NCBI RefSeq assembly: GCF_964204645.1
Contig: NC_134036.1
Span: forward strand, 62,001-126,000
Origin: Tubulanus polymorphus
Lineage: Eukaryota; Animalia; Nemertea
Direction of reading: 5' to 3'
Length of the DNA stretch: 64,000 bases
Both the position numbers and the translations under genes were made by a program. Shown piece by piece: positions 1 to 12,091 of this stretch. The number at the start of each line of letters is the position of its first letter. The first letter of the stretch is position 1. The notes below the pieces were generated by a model. It saw only the letters and a list, made by a program, of their open reading frames with translations, ran no database searches and was not told where the DNA came from.

Positions 1-699
1 AACGACTGGCGTTCTCATAGCGATATAACAACGACTGGCGTTCTCATAGCGATATAACAACGACTGGCGTTCTCATAGCGATATAACAACGACTGGCGTT
101 CTCATAGCGATATAACAACGACTGGCGTTCTCATAGCGATATAACAACGACTGGCGTTCTCATAGCGATATAACAACGACTGGCGTTCTCATAGCGATAT
201 AACAACGACTGGCGTTCTCATAGCGATATAACAACGACTGGCGTTCTCATAGCGATATAACAACGACTGGCGTTCTCATAGCGATATAACAACGACTGGC
301 GTTCTCATAGCGATATAACAACGACTGGCGTTCTCATAGCGATATAACAACGACTGGCGTTCTCATAGCGATATAACAACGACTGGCGTTCTCATAGCGA
401 TATAACAACGACTGGCGTTCTCATAGCGATATAACAACGACTGGCGTTCTCATAGCGATATAACAACGACTGGCGTTCTCATAGCGATATAACAACGACT
501 GGCGTTCTCATAGCGATATAACAACGACTGGCGTTCTCATAGCGATATAACAACGACTGGCGTTCTCATAGCGATATAACAACGACTGGCGTTCTCATAG
601 CGATATAACAACGACTGGCGTTCTCATAGCGATATAACAACGACTGGCGTTCTCATAGCGATATAACAACGACTGGCGTTCTCATAGCGATATAACAAC
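1..699. repeat. Perfect 29-bp tandem array (AACGACTGGCGTTCTCATAGCGATATAAC), 24 copies + 3 nt, truncated by window start
   Basis: Unit repeats without visible mismatch from 1 to 696, then AAC. Confidence 0.98.
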
Positions 700-962
700 T
701 TGAGACCTGTGTAAAATATCAGACCACGATATCTCGGCGAATCGAACAGTGAAACACAGATCTGATTCGTCAATGAGACTTACTTGGTGGCGCTGGTTTC
801 AAAGCAACCTTTTGTCCAGAAACAAGTTGAATCGCAGCTACCAAAACTAACATAACCTTTACACTGAAGATTGAAAAAGAATAGCAAAAATTCACAAAAC
901 AGGTTCACGAAAGAACGAGAGATATATTGTAGAAAATGCGCTCACCTGCTGAAACAGGCCAT
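700..962 (-). CDS. 5' coding exons of an unidentified secreted protein (signal peptide MACFSSVKVMLVLVAAIQLVSG-QKVALKPAPP...)
   Basis: Exon 962-946 (ATG...AG|GTGAG), 82-nt intron, exon 863-784 (cttcag| ... |GTAAG), 77-nt intron, acceptor ttttacacag| before 706. The joined frame is open and gives a hydrophobic N-terminus typical of a signal peptide. Confidence 0.6.
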
Positions 963-3481
963 ATTGTAACCGGTATCTGTGTATGTCCACTGTACTGGTG
1001 ACGGAGAGAGAATTACCCTTTACGGGTACCTCTTCTTAAATACACTCAAACATGGCGTGACTTATAACACTTTATTTTACTGTTTAAACAACTTATGTTT
1101 CGAACATTTGTGCAATCCATAACTTCATCAACCAGGAACAAACACATATTAAATAACCATTAAATAGCACGTAAACAGTTTATTTAGCATCTTTATAGAA
1201 ATATTAACAGAATTACGGCCTGGCGTTGACGTCAATGTGTTGAGGTAACGTCTGCTTGTGCTTTAAGAGACGACATATAAACACATAAAATTCCGCCTCA
1301 CGCAAGAAAATATCGTCGTCAAAAACATGAAACATCTGGTTTTATCTTAGAAATGTTGTGATGTCGTTTCGGGTTCCAGTTTCAGTCGATAGACTTTCAA
1401 GAGTTCAGAGTTGATATGTGTAGCGGTGATGAATTCGTGCTAATGATCCATGGAGGAAAAAGAATCGAATTTCTGGTATAGCTCAAGGGTATCATCTATA
1501 TACGTGTCGTACATACCCGAGCATTACTAGCTTCATATACACGATACATCATAACCGGTATATTAGCGATAAAAACATGGATTTATCTGATGATTTCTGA
1601 TCGCGTATTCGGCATCATCTAAAAGCTATGTCGCTGTTCCTATCATGAATACTTAATCTTCTAATGCTGACTATACAATCATAGCTCTGACTGAAGACCA
1701 ATCTATGACCATCTTAGTTCTAACAACTTATGACCAATCTTATACCCTAGTTTTGGAAGGTAGATCTCAACTATGGAACCGACCCCGGCGGGGAAGTTCT
1801 TAAGATTCAAAAATACCTTTAGACTTTAGTCATCAGACTGGTCCCAGCAGACTGTGTGACGGTATATGTCTACAATCTTACCCAATATGATATATTGATA
1901 CATAGTTTGAGACTCAGTAGTGTTCACAGTACATGGATTCGTCACACTGTGATATGCGGCATGACTAATTGAATAATAAAATACATGGTTGATATACAGA
2001 CTCCTCTATAATTCAATTGTGTCGAGTTCATTCAATATGTTTCCAGCTCTGAGTTGTCAATAGAAACAGAACCAATATGACCAATAATAAATACGTCATA
2101 ACGTTACAAATCGACGCGCTATATTCGGCGGCGGCGTTTGACGTTGACGTTGTGTCGCCGTGGGTTTTTTTCTGGTACAAAACCATTAACGCTATTGACA
2201 ATAATAGCTCAACTTTTAGTATAAAACTCAGTAACTGCTGATATTCAGGTTCCATTAGGTTTTTAGAGTGTTATATAATGAGAGTGATTTAGAAATTGAT
2301 ATGTTACACGATACACCAGTAATAGAAGTGTGGATATAAAGGGCACCTGCCTGAAGTGGACAATTTAGTTCTCTTCGTGTCAATATGAAAATGATTAAAA
2401 TAGAACAATGCGCACGTGTTGGTGTAGTTTGGCGTCCTGTATTTATTCAATAACCTTTTTAAAATAATCACCTTTGGACTTGAAATAGTCGATTTCATTT
2501 GTCTATCGAAATTAAGCCCGATTAGACACTTAAGTAATCCTTCAGCGATAATAAGACCTATATATTGGTGTGTTTAGTTCTCTAAAAGCTGACCGATTTT
2601 AGAGCAAGTTGAAAAAGTGCAGAAAATCTACCCTCAATCTATGTGAATGACCGACACGAGGATCGATGCGGATCGCTCGCTCACGCGGTGAGTGTGTGTT
2701 AGATGATACACTACGCCTCTTGAAGCCTGAAATGTCAGGAGTTAATCACTTAAAACTCTCCGAGAAAGAGAGAGAGAGCTAAAGAGAGCTTATATAGTGG
2801 AAACTTGAACTGAACAGATTTATTCGTTCATCACACCGCGCGCACCTTCGATTCGTCCTCTCGATCACCGACTTATTTCAAGATGGCCGCCGCCGCCGCC
2901 GCGCATAGTGAGTAGCCGGAAGTATTTTTCGCAGCCATTATTAAGGGATAGAATCGTGGATCAATGAAGGATGGAACACAGCGCTGTGCAGCACAGCGCG
3001 GTGCAGCAAAGCAAGGTGGATCAGTTTAACTTAATTTATTGATTAACTCTGAGGACGAGAGAGAGAGACACTGTGTCATGTCTTTTCTTGATTAATTTCT
3101 AAATCCAATGAAAGAAAAAGCTTCTTCCTCGTAATGAAATGTAAATTTGTTTGTAAATTCGATTCTCGCAGGATGTTTGAAATCGTTGTGTAAGTTTAAT
3201 GAAGTTAGACCCGAGGTTCATTCTGTGCTGGATAGATGAAGATGAGCTAATTGGTGCCGCTGTAGATATTCATGACCGCTGAGGACACAGAGACGGAGAA
3301 AGTGCTAGTTCTCTGTCCTTAGAACTTCTCAAATTTAATTACGCCACTGCCTGCCTTCATGAGTTCTGTGTTTAGCTGATTGGGAATGGAATTAAATGTT
3401 CATAGGTTTGGTGGCCGTCATTTCGCCGAGTTGGCACCCAGCTTTTCATGGTTCACACTGTGGTAGCTTTGAATGGTGTTA

Positions 3482-3620
3482 CCACCTGACAGTGTGGTGT
3501 GTGGTGATGCCACCTGACAGTGTGGTGTGTGGTGATGCCACCTGACTGTGTGGTGTGTGGTGGTGTTACCTGACAGTGTGGTGGTGGTGGTGCTACCTGA
3601 CAGTGTGGTGTGTTGTGGTG
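3482..3620. repeat. Degenerate ~28-bp minisatellite (CCACCTGACAGTGTGGTGTGTGGTGATG), ~5 copies
   Basis: Direct repeats visible; explains the low-complexity ORFs at 3418-3745. Confidence 0.85.
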
Positions 3621-4459
3621 CAATTGATGAGTTTATAAATGCTACGTTGTTAAACAATGAGATATGTGGAAAACAATTGTGCGGCGGGGTGGGGGCGAGT
3701 TACCAAAACACATCACACGTCAATCAGCTTCTAGTTTCTAACTGAAGTAGGCGTCGTAAAATCTATGTGTGTTGTTGTTGGAAGGAGTATTTTCTGGTGA
3801 AATGTCAACGCGAAAACAAAAGTAGAAACTGTCGTCGGAGGAATGACAACAACACAGATCCCTACAGCCCTTTCTGATAAATCGATTCTTTACAATACCC
3901 GAAGAGACTTTTAGTTACGAAACAAATAGCATTTAGAAAATGTTCTTTTCACTTCGAAACGAAAGTGGTCACAAAAGAACAACCGACTATATACACATCA
4001 GATAAATAATGTGAATATGATTATTGATTTTATTGAACAGCTATTTGACTGTTAGCTATGTATGTTATTCTGAAGTCTATCTCTTTGAAGTTGGTTTGAG
4101 TTTCGGTAAAAAAACCGCGATCTTTGCGCCGATCGTTTGTGGAGATGGTTTTGATGTTGTGTGTTTGATATGCGATGATAATCGGACAAATAGATCTGGA
4201 TCTATCCAGAAATATAACAAACACGACGCCACGATATTTGAACATTTCCTTTTCTATGTGTAAATTACGCTCATAGTTTGATAACTGGATCAAACGCTTT
4301 TCGTAGATCGATATATTTGTGTTCAGGATGGTTCTAAAAATCTCCAAGATCACCTGATGCGGACGTATCTAATACTTGTAATATCAACAATGGATTCCTC
4401 TAAATTCTGACTTGAATTCACGGTTAATGAAACACTCTGAGTTCCTTGAGTTCACATCT

Positions 4460-4550
4460 TTTCGACGTGTCGACTATATCTTAGTAGTTATCTTCAGGAA
4501 TACTGAGGTTTTACTACAAACTTTTCCGGGCTCTTTTTTCTTATATTGAA
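4460..4550 (-). mobile_element. Degenerate copy of the short hammerhead-bearing (Penelope-like terminal) repeat
   Basis: Minus strand reads TATTC-CTGAAGA-T-AACTA..TAGTC-GACAC-GTC-GAAA; same family as 31015, with GAAAC changed to GACAC. Confidence 0.65.
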
Positions 4551-5846
4551 TGCAGGACCTGACTTGTGATACAGAGTGTAACCTGTAAGTGACGTCACTC
4601 CCCCAGTTCTCTCTCGTGTCATGGAATTGCCCACTGATGCTGGTTACAATCGAACTGCACTAGATGACGTAGCTTCCCGCTCAAACGACTTTCCGTTTAA
4701 GAGTCGTGAGAACGCGACCGGATGTACGTATTGATCGGACCACGAACCGGACCAGTGGGCATCGATCCGATTAATAATTAATTATAAACTCACCGCGAGA
4801 ATGTATCAGGCATGAAACGATTCGATACCGCTCATATCCAATACTTAATTCTGGAATGATGGTTTTACACTGTATCACAGCCGTTACATAAAACGCGCGC
4901 CATCTTGTGCGGGCATCAAACTATCCGGTGGTCGCATTTTGTGGATTGTGGCTTTTTGTTTATAATCTGCAGCATTTCTTCATTATTTTACCACAGTTTC
5001 TGTTGAACGTGGTCCAGCACTGATCTAAATAGTTTCTAAGAATTCTAACATCAGTGGCTCGAGAATGTGTAAAACTCCTTAAGTCGTTTAAGTTGTGATG
5101 ATGAATAGTTTGTCTACGACTTATCGAAATGGAAAATTGGGACTTATCCAGATTAAGAGATGACTTCAGTTATGTGACGACTTACCACATTATGACTTAT
5201 ACTTAGTAAATTGAATTAGAAATTCTAATTTTGACTCAAAGATGACTCCAGTAAAACGCTCAAGTATGAGTGTAGATGTACTGAGTCTCTGTACTGACTG
5301 ACACATAAGTGATGCTATGACCAGAATGACCCGAACTTGTATGAATAATTCAATATATAATTCGGTATATAATTCAGTATATGATTCTCCGCGGAATCTG
5401 CGAGATTCATGTACATAATTAGAATGTAGCCGTTACATGAACCAGATAATAGTGTGTCATAAGTGCAGCGAGATAGTGAGTGATACTAATATCGTGTCGA
5501 GCAGCAACAAACTGATAAAATATACCGGAATGAGAGACTCGCTTGCCAGGTTTAGATATATAGACTGGTGGCCGTTTAGCGGTGACCTGTCCTCTCAAAA
5601 ATCTAGTCGAGCAATACCATGGACCAATTGAGGGTTTGTGGCCATGGGGTTAGTGAGGCAATTGAACCCTGGTAAGCGAGGATGAATTAGAGAATGAAAG
5701 AGATGTGATATATCAACGAATTCTCAATCTCAATCTCAGGAATTATGAAATATCACAATATCCTGCGGGCAAAATCAAAGAGGAAATTGATTTAATCTAT
5801 AAAACTGTGTTAGTCGTCAACTTGCTTCAAGTTTGAATTATCCGTC

Positions 5847-5928
5847 GAGGAGGGAGGGAGAGAGAGGGAGAGGGAGAGAGAGAGAGAGAGGGAGAGAGAG
5901 GGAGAGAGAGGGAGAGAGAGGGAGAGAG
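5847..5928. repeat. GA-rich microsatellite
   Basis: (GGAGAGAGAG)n-type run. Confidence 0.9.
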
Positions 5929-7429
5929 CGCGCTATGGAGAACACGAGTCGACACTTGACATTTCTCTGGTGAAGACGGGCCTCGAGTATTTCGATCAGA
6001 ATAGGAGCAGGAGTTTTCAGTATTATACGATTTAATTCCGAATCGAAATTAAACGAATTCGATTTCTCTCTCTCCACAGTGAACCGGCGCGCACACACGA
6101 CAGTGAACCGGCGCGCGCACACGACAGTCTGGCATCATCTTCCAGATCGTCATTACAGTAACATGCATTCATGTGTTGAGAAACGTTTGACATTTCAAGA
6201 ATTTCTTCATCGGGAAATTGATATAAACATCATCGAAAAACTGCATGCTGTATACAAACATTCATCGCCGTCCAATTCTTACAAAACGGCTGCCAATGTC
6301 CAGACCCGTGGAGCGGAGCATCCCTACTGGCCTAGTCTCTACTGAGAAAGGAATTAAGACTTGGCCCCCATTAAGGAGGACTAAGTGGTCCACAGAGTAG
6401 GACTGGTCCACTGTGATTAGTAGTCCACGATGATAACTATTTTCACTGAGTGTATAACACGCATCACAGGATCATCCATTGATTTATCGGAATGCAATTA
6501 CCCATCGAATACACGACTCCACATACATATATACACGCGCGGCATATTTCCATCAAATACAAGATGCCTTGATGTTCTATATGATATGAAATGTCTTGCG
6601 ACGTTTACAGCCTACAAAGTAGCAATAGCAGCAGTTGTCACATGGCAGACGAACGGACGAGAAGTATATATATGTATATGATATATGTACCCGCCTCCAA
6701 TAACACCCACTTAACGTGTGTAAGACTTGTTTTACCTTGACATTGAATTATGTGTTGATAACAATCTGAGATGCGATGAAATGTTGTGTATCACGCGGCT
6801 CATAAAGTCTTTTGATTAACACATTACTCTTTTGTAAGGCTTCATGTTTTGTATCGAGGCATCTCTGTTTATTGATTTATTTCCCTTTTTTCTCCAGAGT
6901 AAAACGCCTCAGCACAGTGTGTAACGCTGTCTCGCAAAAATCTGATAGAAAAATCTGAGTACGTAATTCGGAAATTGACCAGATAATATATTTTTATCGT
7001 TTTCCCATGTTCCCAACTTGAATATTCTATCAAATTCCAGTAGTGGATTTGTCTATGTTCTTATTCCAAGTTGTCCACTGAGGCTAATTTCCATGTTGCG
7101 CATTTTATGTGTTAATTCAGCAGCCCCCATCACACTGGTGTATCCTTCATATCGAGGATGCGGTTTTAGAAAACATAAATTACATTACATTACATTAATT
7201 GTATAAACAGTTTATTGTATAATCTGCGTGTTTAAGCAGCAGCAGCAGCAGCAGCCAGTGATAGATTGTTAGTCATGTTATCAGGCGTCGAAACCTGGGG
7301 AAATAACTTCCTGTGTCAGACGCAGATAACTGAGCCTACATCGCTCTGTGTACTGGGTAAAAAAATACCTTCATACTGATCTGTCTTATCGGTTTCAGCT
7401 CAGTTCATCACGACACGACGCGACATACT

Positions 7430-7672
7430 AATACCAATACCAATACCATTACCAACACCAGTACCATTACCAATACCAGTGCCAATATCAGTGCCAATAC
7501 CAATGCCAGTACTGGTGGAATTCAATTTACTAATAACAGAGACTCACAGAGACTCACAGAGACTCACAGAGACGCACAGAGACTCACAGAGACTCACAGA
7601 CACTCACAGACACTCACAGACACTCACAGAGACTCACAGAGACTCACAGACACTCACAGAGACTAACTCACA
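7430..7672. repeat. Hexamer (CCARTA)n run followed by a 10-bp (GACTCACAGA)n array
   Basis: Direct inspection; the 10-bp array spans about 7537-7672. Confidence 0.9.
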
Positions 7673-10600
7673 GGTTTTTCTAGAGTTCAGTTAACTGTCA
7701 GTTTTATTATGAACACTGTTTCCTATCAGTTCAGCTCAATGCACCATCTTCATTTATTGGTTAAAGAATGAAGTTTTGGCAGCATCGACATCACCATCTT
7801 TGTAAATATATCTGAGATTTCCAGTCTGAGATTTCTGAAATTTCCTAACTTCGTTTCGGGTGGACTATAGTTCAACCCATCTTCAGAGTTTATTTGAAAA
7901 TGAAGTGCTGGAGATGGTTACGTCAGCAATGAAGAAAAGCAGTTGTTTAGATTTATATTGTGGGTTTTCGCACAATCGTCTTTTTATTAGAAATTCACAA
8001 TATTTCATCTTCTCGCATTAACTCTAAACCGGTTTCTATACTGACATATTGTCAAATAGGAGAAACAAACCCACACTTGAAAATTTAAATGCCAAACTAT
8101 ATAGGCACAATTGCCATGCCGCATCCTTGTTGTTCGAGGAATGTTGCTAGCGACTGCAAACTGGTTATCGGTTAAGTTTTTTTTTTCCCGATGCAAATAT
8201 GATCATACTTCAAGGCGCTAAGATTGAGTGAAGCGTATGTATGAACGGTTAGCAGGAGAAGGATGAAATATTGGCAGGAACTGCTGTTCACTCAGTGTGT
8301 CGCGTCATACAGTCACACGGCACTATCAGCTGGTGGTGAACTGGTAGAAGCTGCTGCCATCACACTCAGCCGCTAACCGTCTCCGTAATCTAACTAGGAT
8401 ATCCTTACATTCATCCTTTATCCTAGTGGATATACAGTATCCGTCAGATTATGGAACATCGAGGATTTATTATCATGATATAGTTATCTGTTTACCGGAA
8501 GGTTGCTATGGATTTCACTTCATGAAGGTAAAAAAAGTGAAATACTGAAATACGTGCGCTATGTGTTGTAAAGTGCTGCTCATTCAGTTTATTGCTGTTT
8601 TTGTTTTTATTGTTCCCGATGAATTATAGATACTCGCGCGTCGATTGATGTTTTTTTATAATAGTTTTAATGGATGTTGATGATGGTTGTAGAAACTGCG
8701 GGAATGTTTTTTCTTTTTTGTCAAATTCAGTTCCAATTCACGATGTTTTTTTAGGGAGACATTTCGTATTTTAGTTTAGCGATGTTTTTACTTGTGTCTC
8801 GCTCACCGATGATTATTCTGTAACGTAAATCTGTCCGTTAGCCATCTCAAATATATCAGGTTTTCAAGTAGACATCTCAAAAAAGTCAAGGCAAACATTT
8901 AGATTTTAACAGGTTATTTCCACGACACGTTTTGACTATGTCTAACGAGTCTCTTCTTCTCGTGGAAATAAATTGTTAAAATCAAAATCAATCGGATGTT
9001 TTCAAGTAATTCTCTTAGAACACGTGTTCCAAATCCCATTTCCGCTTCAAGGAACGGATCTACATTTATCCTTTAAATACAAAAACAATTTTCAGAATGA
9101 ACATATATCCTCAAGTGATATTACAGCCTGTTCTGACTGCTTCAAGCGCTAACCCTCCCGCTGCTGTTGTACACGCGTGGATCGAATTCTTGGGCGTTTT
9201 CCCCGATATAAACATAAATCATTTATTAATTTATTTCGCGGTGTTTTCGCGTAATTATATCTATTATTGTAAGTCTATTTGTTACCATAACGATGCTCAT
9301 GAAATTCGCCACAACATTGTGCGAATCGTCGTACCGACAATCGATTACTAACTATAGCCTTCAATATTCATTTTATCTCTCGCAAAATTAAATGTTCATC
9401 GGGTAAATTGGAAAATTGTATCGTTATTGCTATCGTTAAAGGACCGACAAATTATCGATAGTTTTGAAAGAATAAACATCGTTTTGAACCGAAGTGACCT
9501 TTTCGGAGTTGTTTGCACCAAATGTTCCGATAACGGGATCGCGGACTGCTATTGAAGCGTGTACACGTAAGAGTAACAGAACCATCATTAATTTCGCCTA
9601 TAGCTACATATAAATGACATCAGTAAATACGTGCCGAGCATTGGTTGTATAGTGTCGAGTCTTCAATACGTTCATCTTCTATTTCATATATACAGCATCA
9701 GTAACACCACAATCTCACAACTTTTTAATTACAAGTCATTATTTTAGGCTTATCGTTGATATAATCCGGCTGGAGAGCTCGCTCGTCCAGAACATGTTCG
9801 TATCTGTATGTACGTCCGATGACCATATAAGGTTATTTACTCAGTACATTATTGATGATTTCCAATATCGATTTCTAACTTAAAGACAAGGATATTAAGA
9901 AGCTACACGTCACGACATGATCTGATCTTCTTAATAATAATTCTCGATAATACATTATCAGATATACGTATATAATTCTGCTTATTCAATGTAAACAGTA
10001 AGTAAAACCATTGGTTCCATTTGCAACCATGGACTAGATTTAGAGTCCATGATTCCTCTACTTGTGGTGGAACTACAATATCAACTTCTTTAAAGAAACT
10101 GGACAGGTTTTTTAAGATATGTTTTATTTATCAGAATAGTATTTTCAAGTTGCAAGTTATCTGGCAGAGTAGGTATCTAATTCTACCGATGATGCCAGTT
10201 CTATCTGATAATTCTGTAGAATTCATTTTCATGGCAGCATACAATGTGTTACTGTGCATGCCTAGCTGTCCTTGCGACCCCTCCATCACGAATGTTTAGC
10301 AGACCTGGTGAGTCCTCCATCATGACTGACCCGGAGGCGACCCTTCCATCATGACTGACTCGATGGTGACCCCTCCATCATGAATTCAGCAGACCTGGTG
10401 AGTCCTCCATCACGTTGTGTAGCGATGCTCTTTTTCTTATTCTGCTCCAATCTCAGAGGCGGACTGACTGTCTGTCAGTCAGTCGGTTTTTATTAGTTGT
10501 TAATTACAATAATTAGCCGGTAATCATCCAGAGGTCTGTCAGTGTCACGTGTTACGTGTGAAGGCGTTTAATATTCCGCACGTTGAGAGAGAAGAGATAT

Positions 10601-11459
10601 TGATTTACTAATTACACACGGTGTGATTAGAATGAATGACCGATATTAGTAGGTCGTAGTTTTATTACTGCAATCGAGAGAACTCTGGATATTTTAGATA
10701 AAACTTGCAACCATTTCATAGATAGAACACATGAACAAATTCCGAAATAGCCGAGAGGAAAATCCCAATAAACTCAAAGATGTGAAGTTCTTGAATAGAG
10801 CCTGAAGATGTCTGATAATCTTTAGCTGAAGCGATTGCTCAATACATTTCTATTCAAGATCTTTTCATGTTTGGCTGAATCTATTGTCGGATTTCTCTCC
10901 CGAATCTTACGCTGATATTGTGCATCATCTCTCGACTTATCTGAAATGGTTTTCTGATTTAGTAGTTCATTCAACAAGTTTTTGACTGTGCTCTCTCGGT
11001 CATCATCATCATCATCATCATCGTGTTTACTTTAGAGTCTAGCCCGATGTCCGGTTTTGCGATCTAATCTTATATTTAAGACCAGTTTAAGGTCATCTTT
11101 TGTAGCCGATCATAGACCAGTCTTATGATTTTACAGCATATTCTGACTTGGGTTATGACGTGGTCCTGAATCTGAGACAGAATCGCAGATCTTCACGAGG
11201 AGTCCATGAATTAGGCGGCTGTGGATAATTGTCTTTAACTCGGTATTAGTCCCGTCTGTTCAGATCTTACTCATTCCGTTCGCGTTCTGCTTTCTTTTCC
11301 CTGCACAACATGTTATTACTGTTCAGCCTTGGTCGCGTCATTACGGTTGATTGCTGAGACACTGTGACAATTGGTTAAGTAGTTTAACATTATCCTCGTG
11401 ACGATACTTCTATTCCTTCTCTAGCTCTTTAGCTGCTGCTGCTGCTGCCGCCGCCGCCG

Positions 11460-11490
<31 letters not shown>

Positions 11491-11977
11491 GGTTGGTTGT
11501 GTATGTTTATATATACAAACAAATAAACCACTGAACAAATATTACCGATAATGCAAATCATGCTTGAATATATCCAGGGACCGGTAAACATGTCCGGTAC
11601 GATTATGCAAATGAATGTAAAAAAAAGTATAAGATCACATTCCGTCTGTTTATTTATTCAGAACCAGGTCAGAAATACTGACGTATAGAACCGTGCCTAT
11701 TTATTATTCGAAGGACTTTTCCGAGGTAAGCCGGCCTCGGTCTCATTGCTAACAAAAACCAGCAACTGTTTTGAATATGCAAATGAGCATGACACTACCG
11801 CACTATAGTTAGTTCTCGGTTGACTGCCGGTAAAATTACCATCGTTTTATAGGAAATATCAAGTGTAAATTGTAGGTTGTGAATTAACACGAGGTTGCGA
11901 TCGTTCAAACTGCTACAATGAGCACCATTTACAATGTTGTAAATTGCTTCATAGTTCGTGACGTTCATAACAAACTT

Positions 11978-12002
11978 CTGCTACTGCTGCTGCTGCTGCT
12001 AG

Positions 12003-12039
<37 letters not shown>

Positions 12040-12091
12040 AGTACTGCTGCTGCTGCTGCTGCTAGTACTGCTGCTGCTGCTGCTGCTGCTG
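11978..12091. repeat. (CTG)n microsatellite with CTAGTA interruptions; a similar CTG/CCG run lies at 11433-11489
   Basis: Direct inspection; source of the spurious poly-Leu ORF. Confidence 0.95.

Noticed and set aside
1-699. CRISPR-like array
   Set aside because: Units are contiguous with no spacers, the context is eukaryotic and there are no cas genes; the same applies to 59825-60608.
1095-1135. Second hammerhead-like motif on the minus strand (TGATGA...CGAAAC)
   Set aside because: First core C is missing and there is no convincing stem II.
2028-2498. Short minus-strand ORFs, one with two hydrophobic stretches
   Set aside because: No recognisable domain or coherent exon structure; cannot be supported without expression data.
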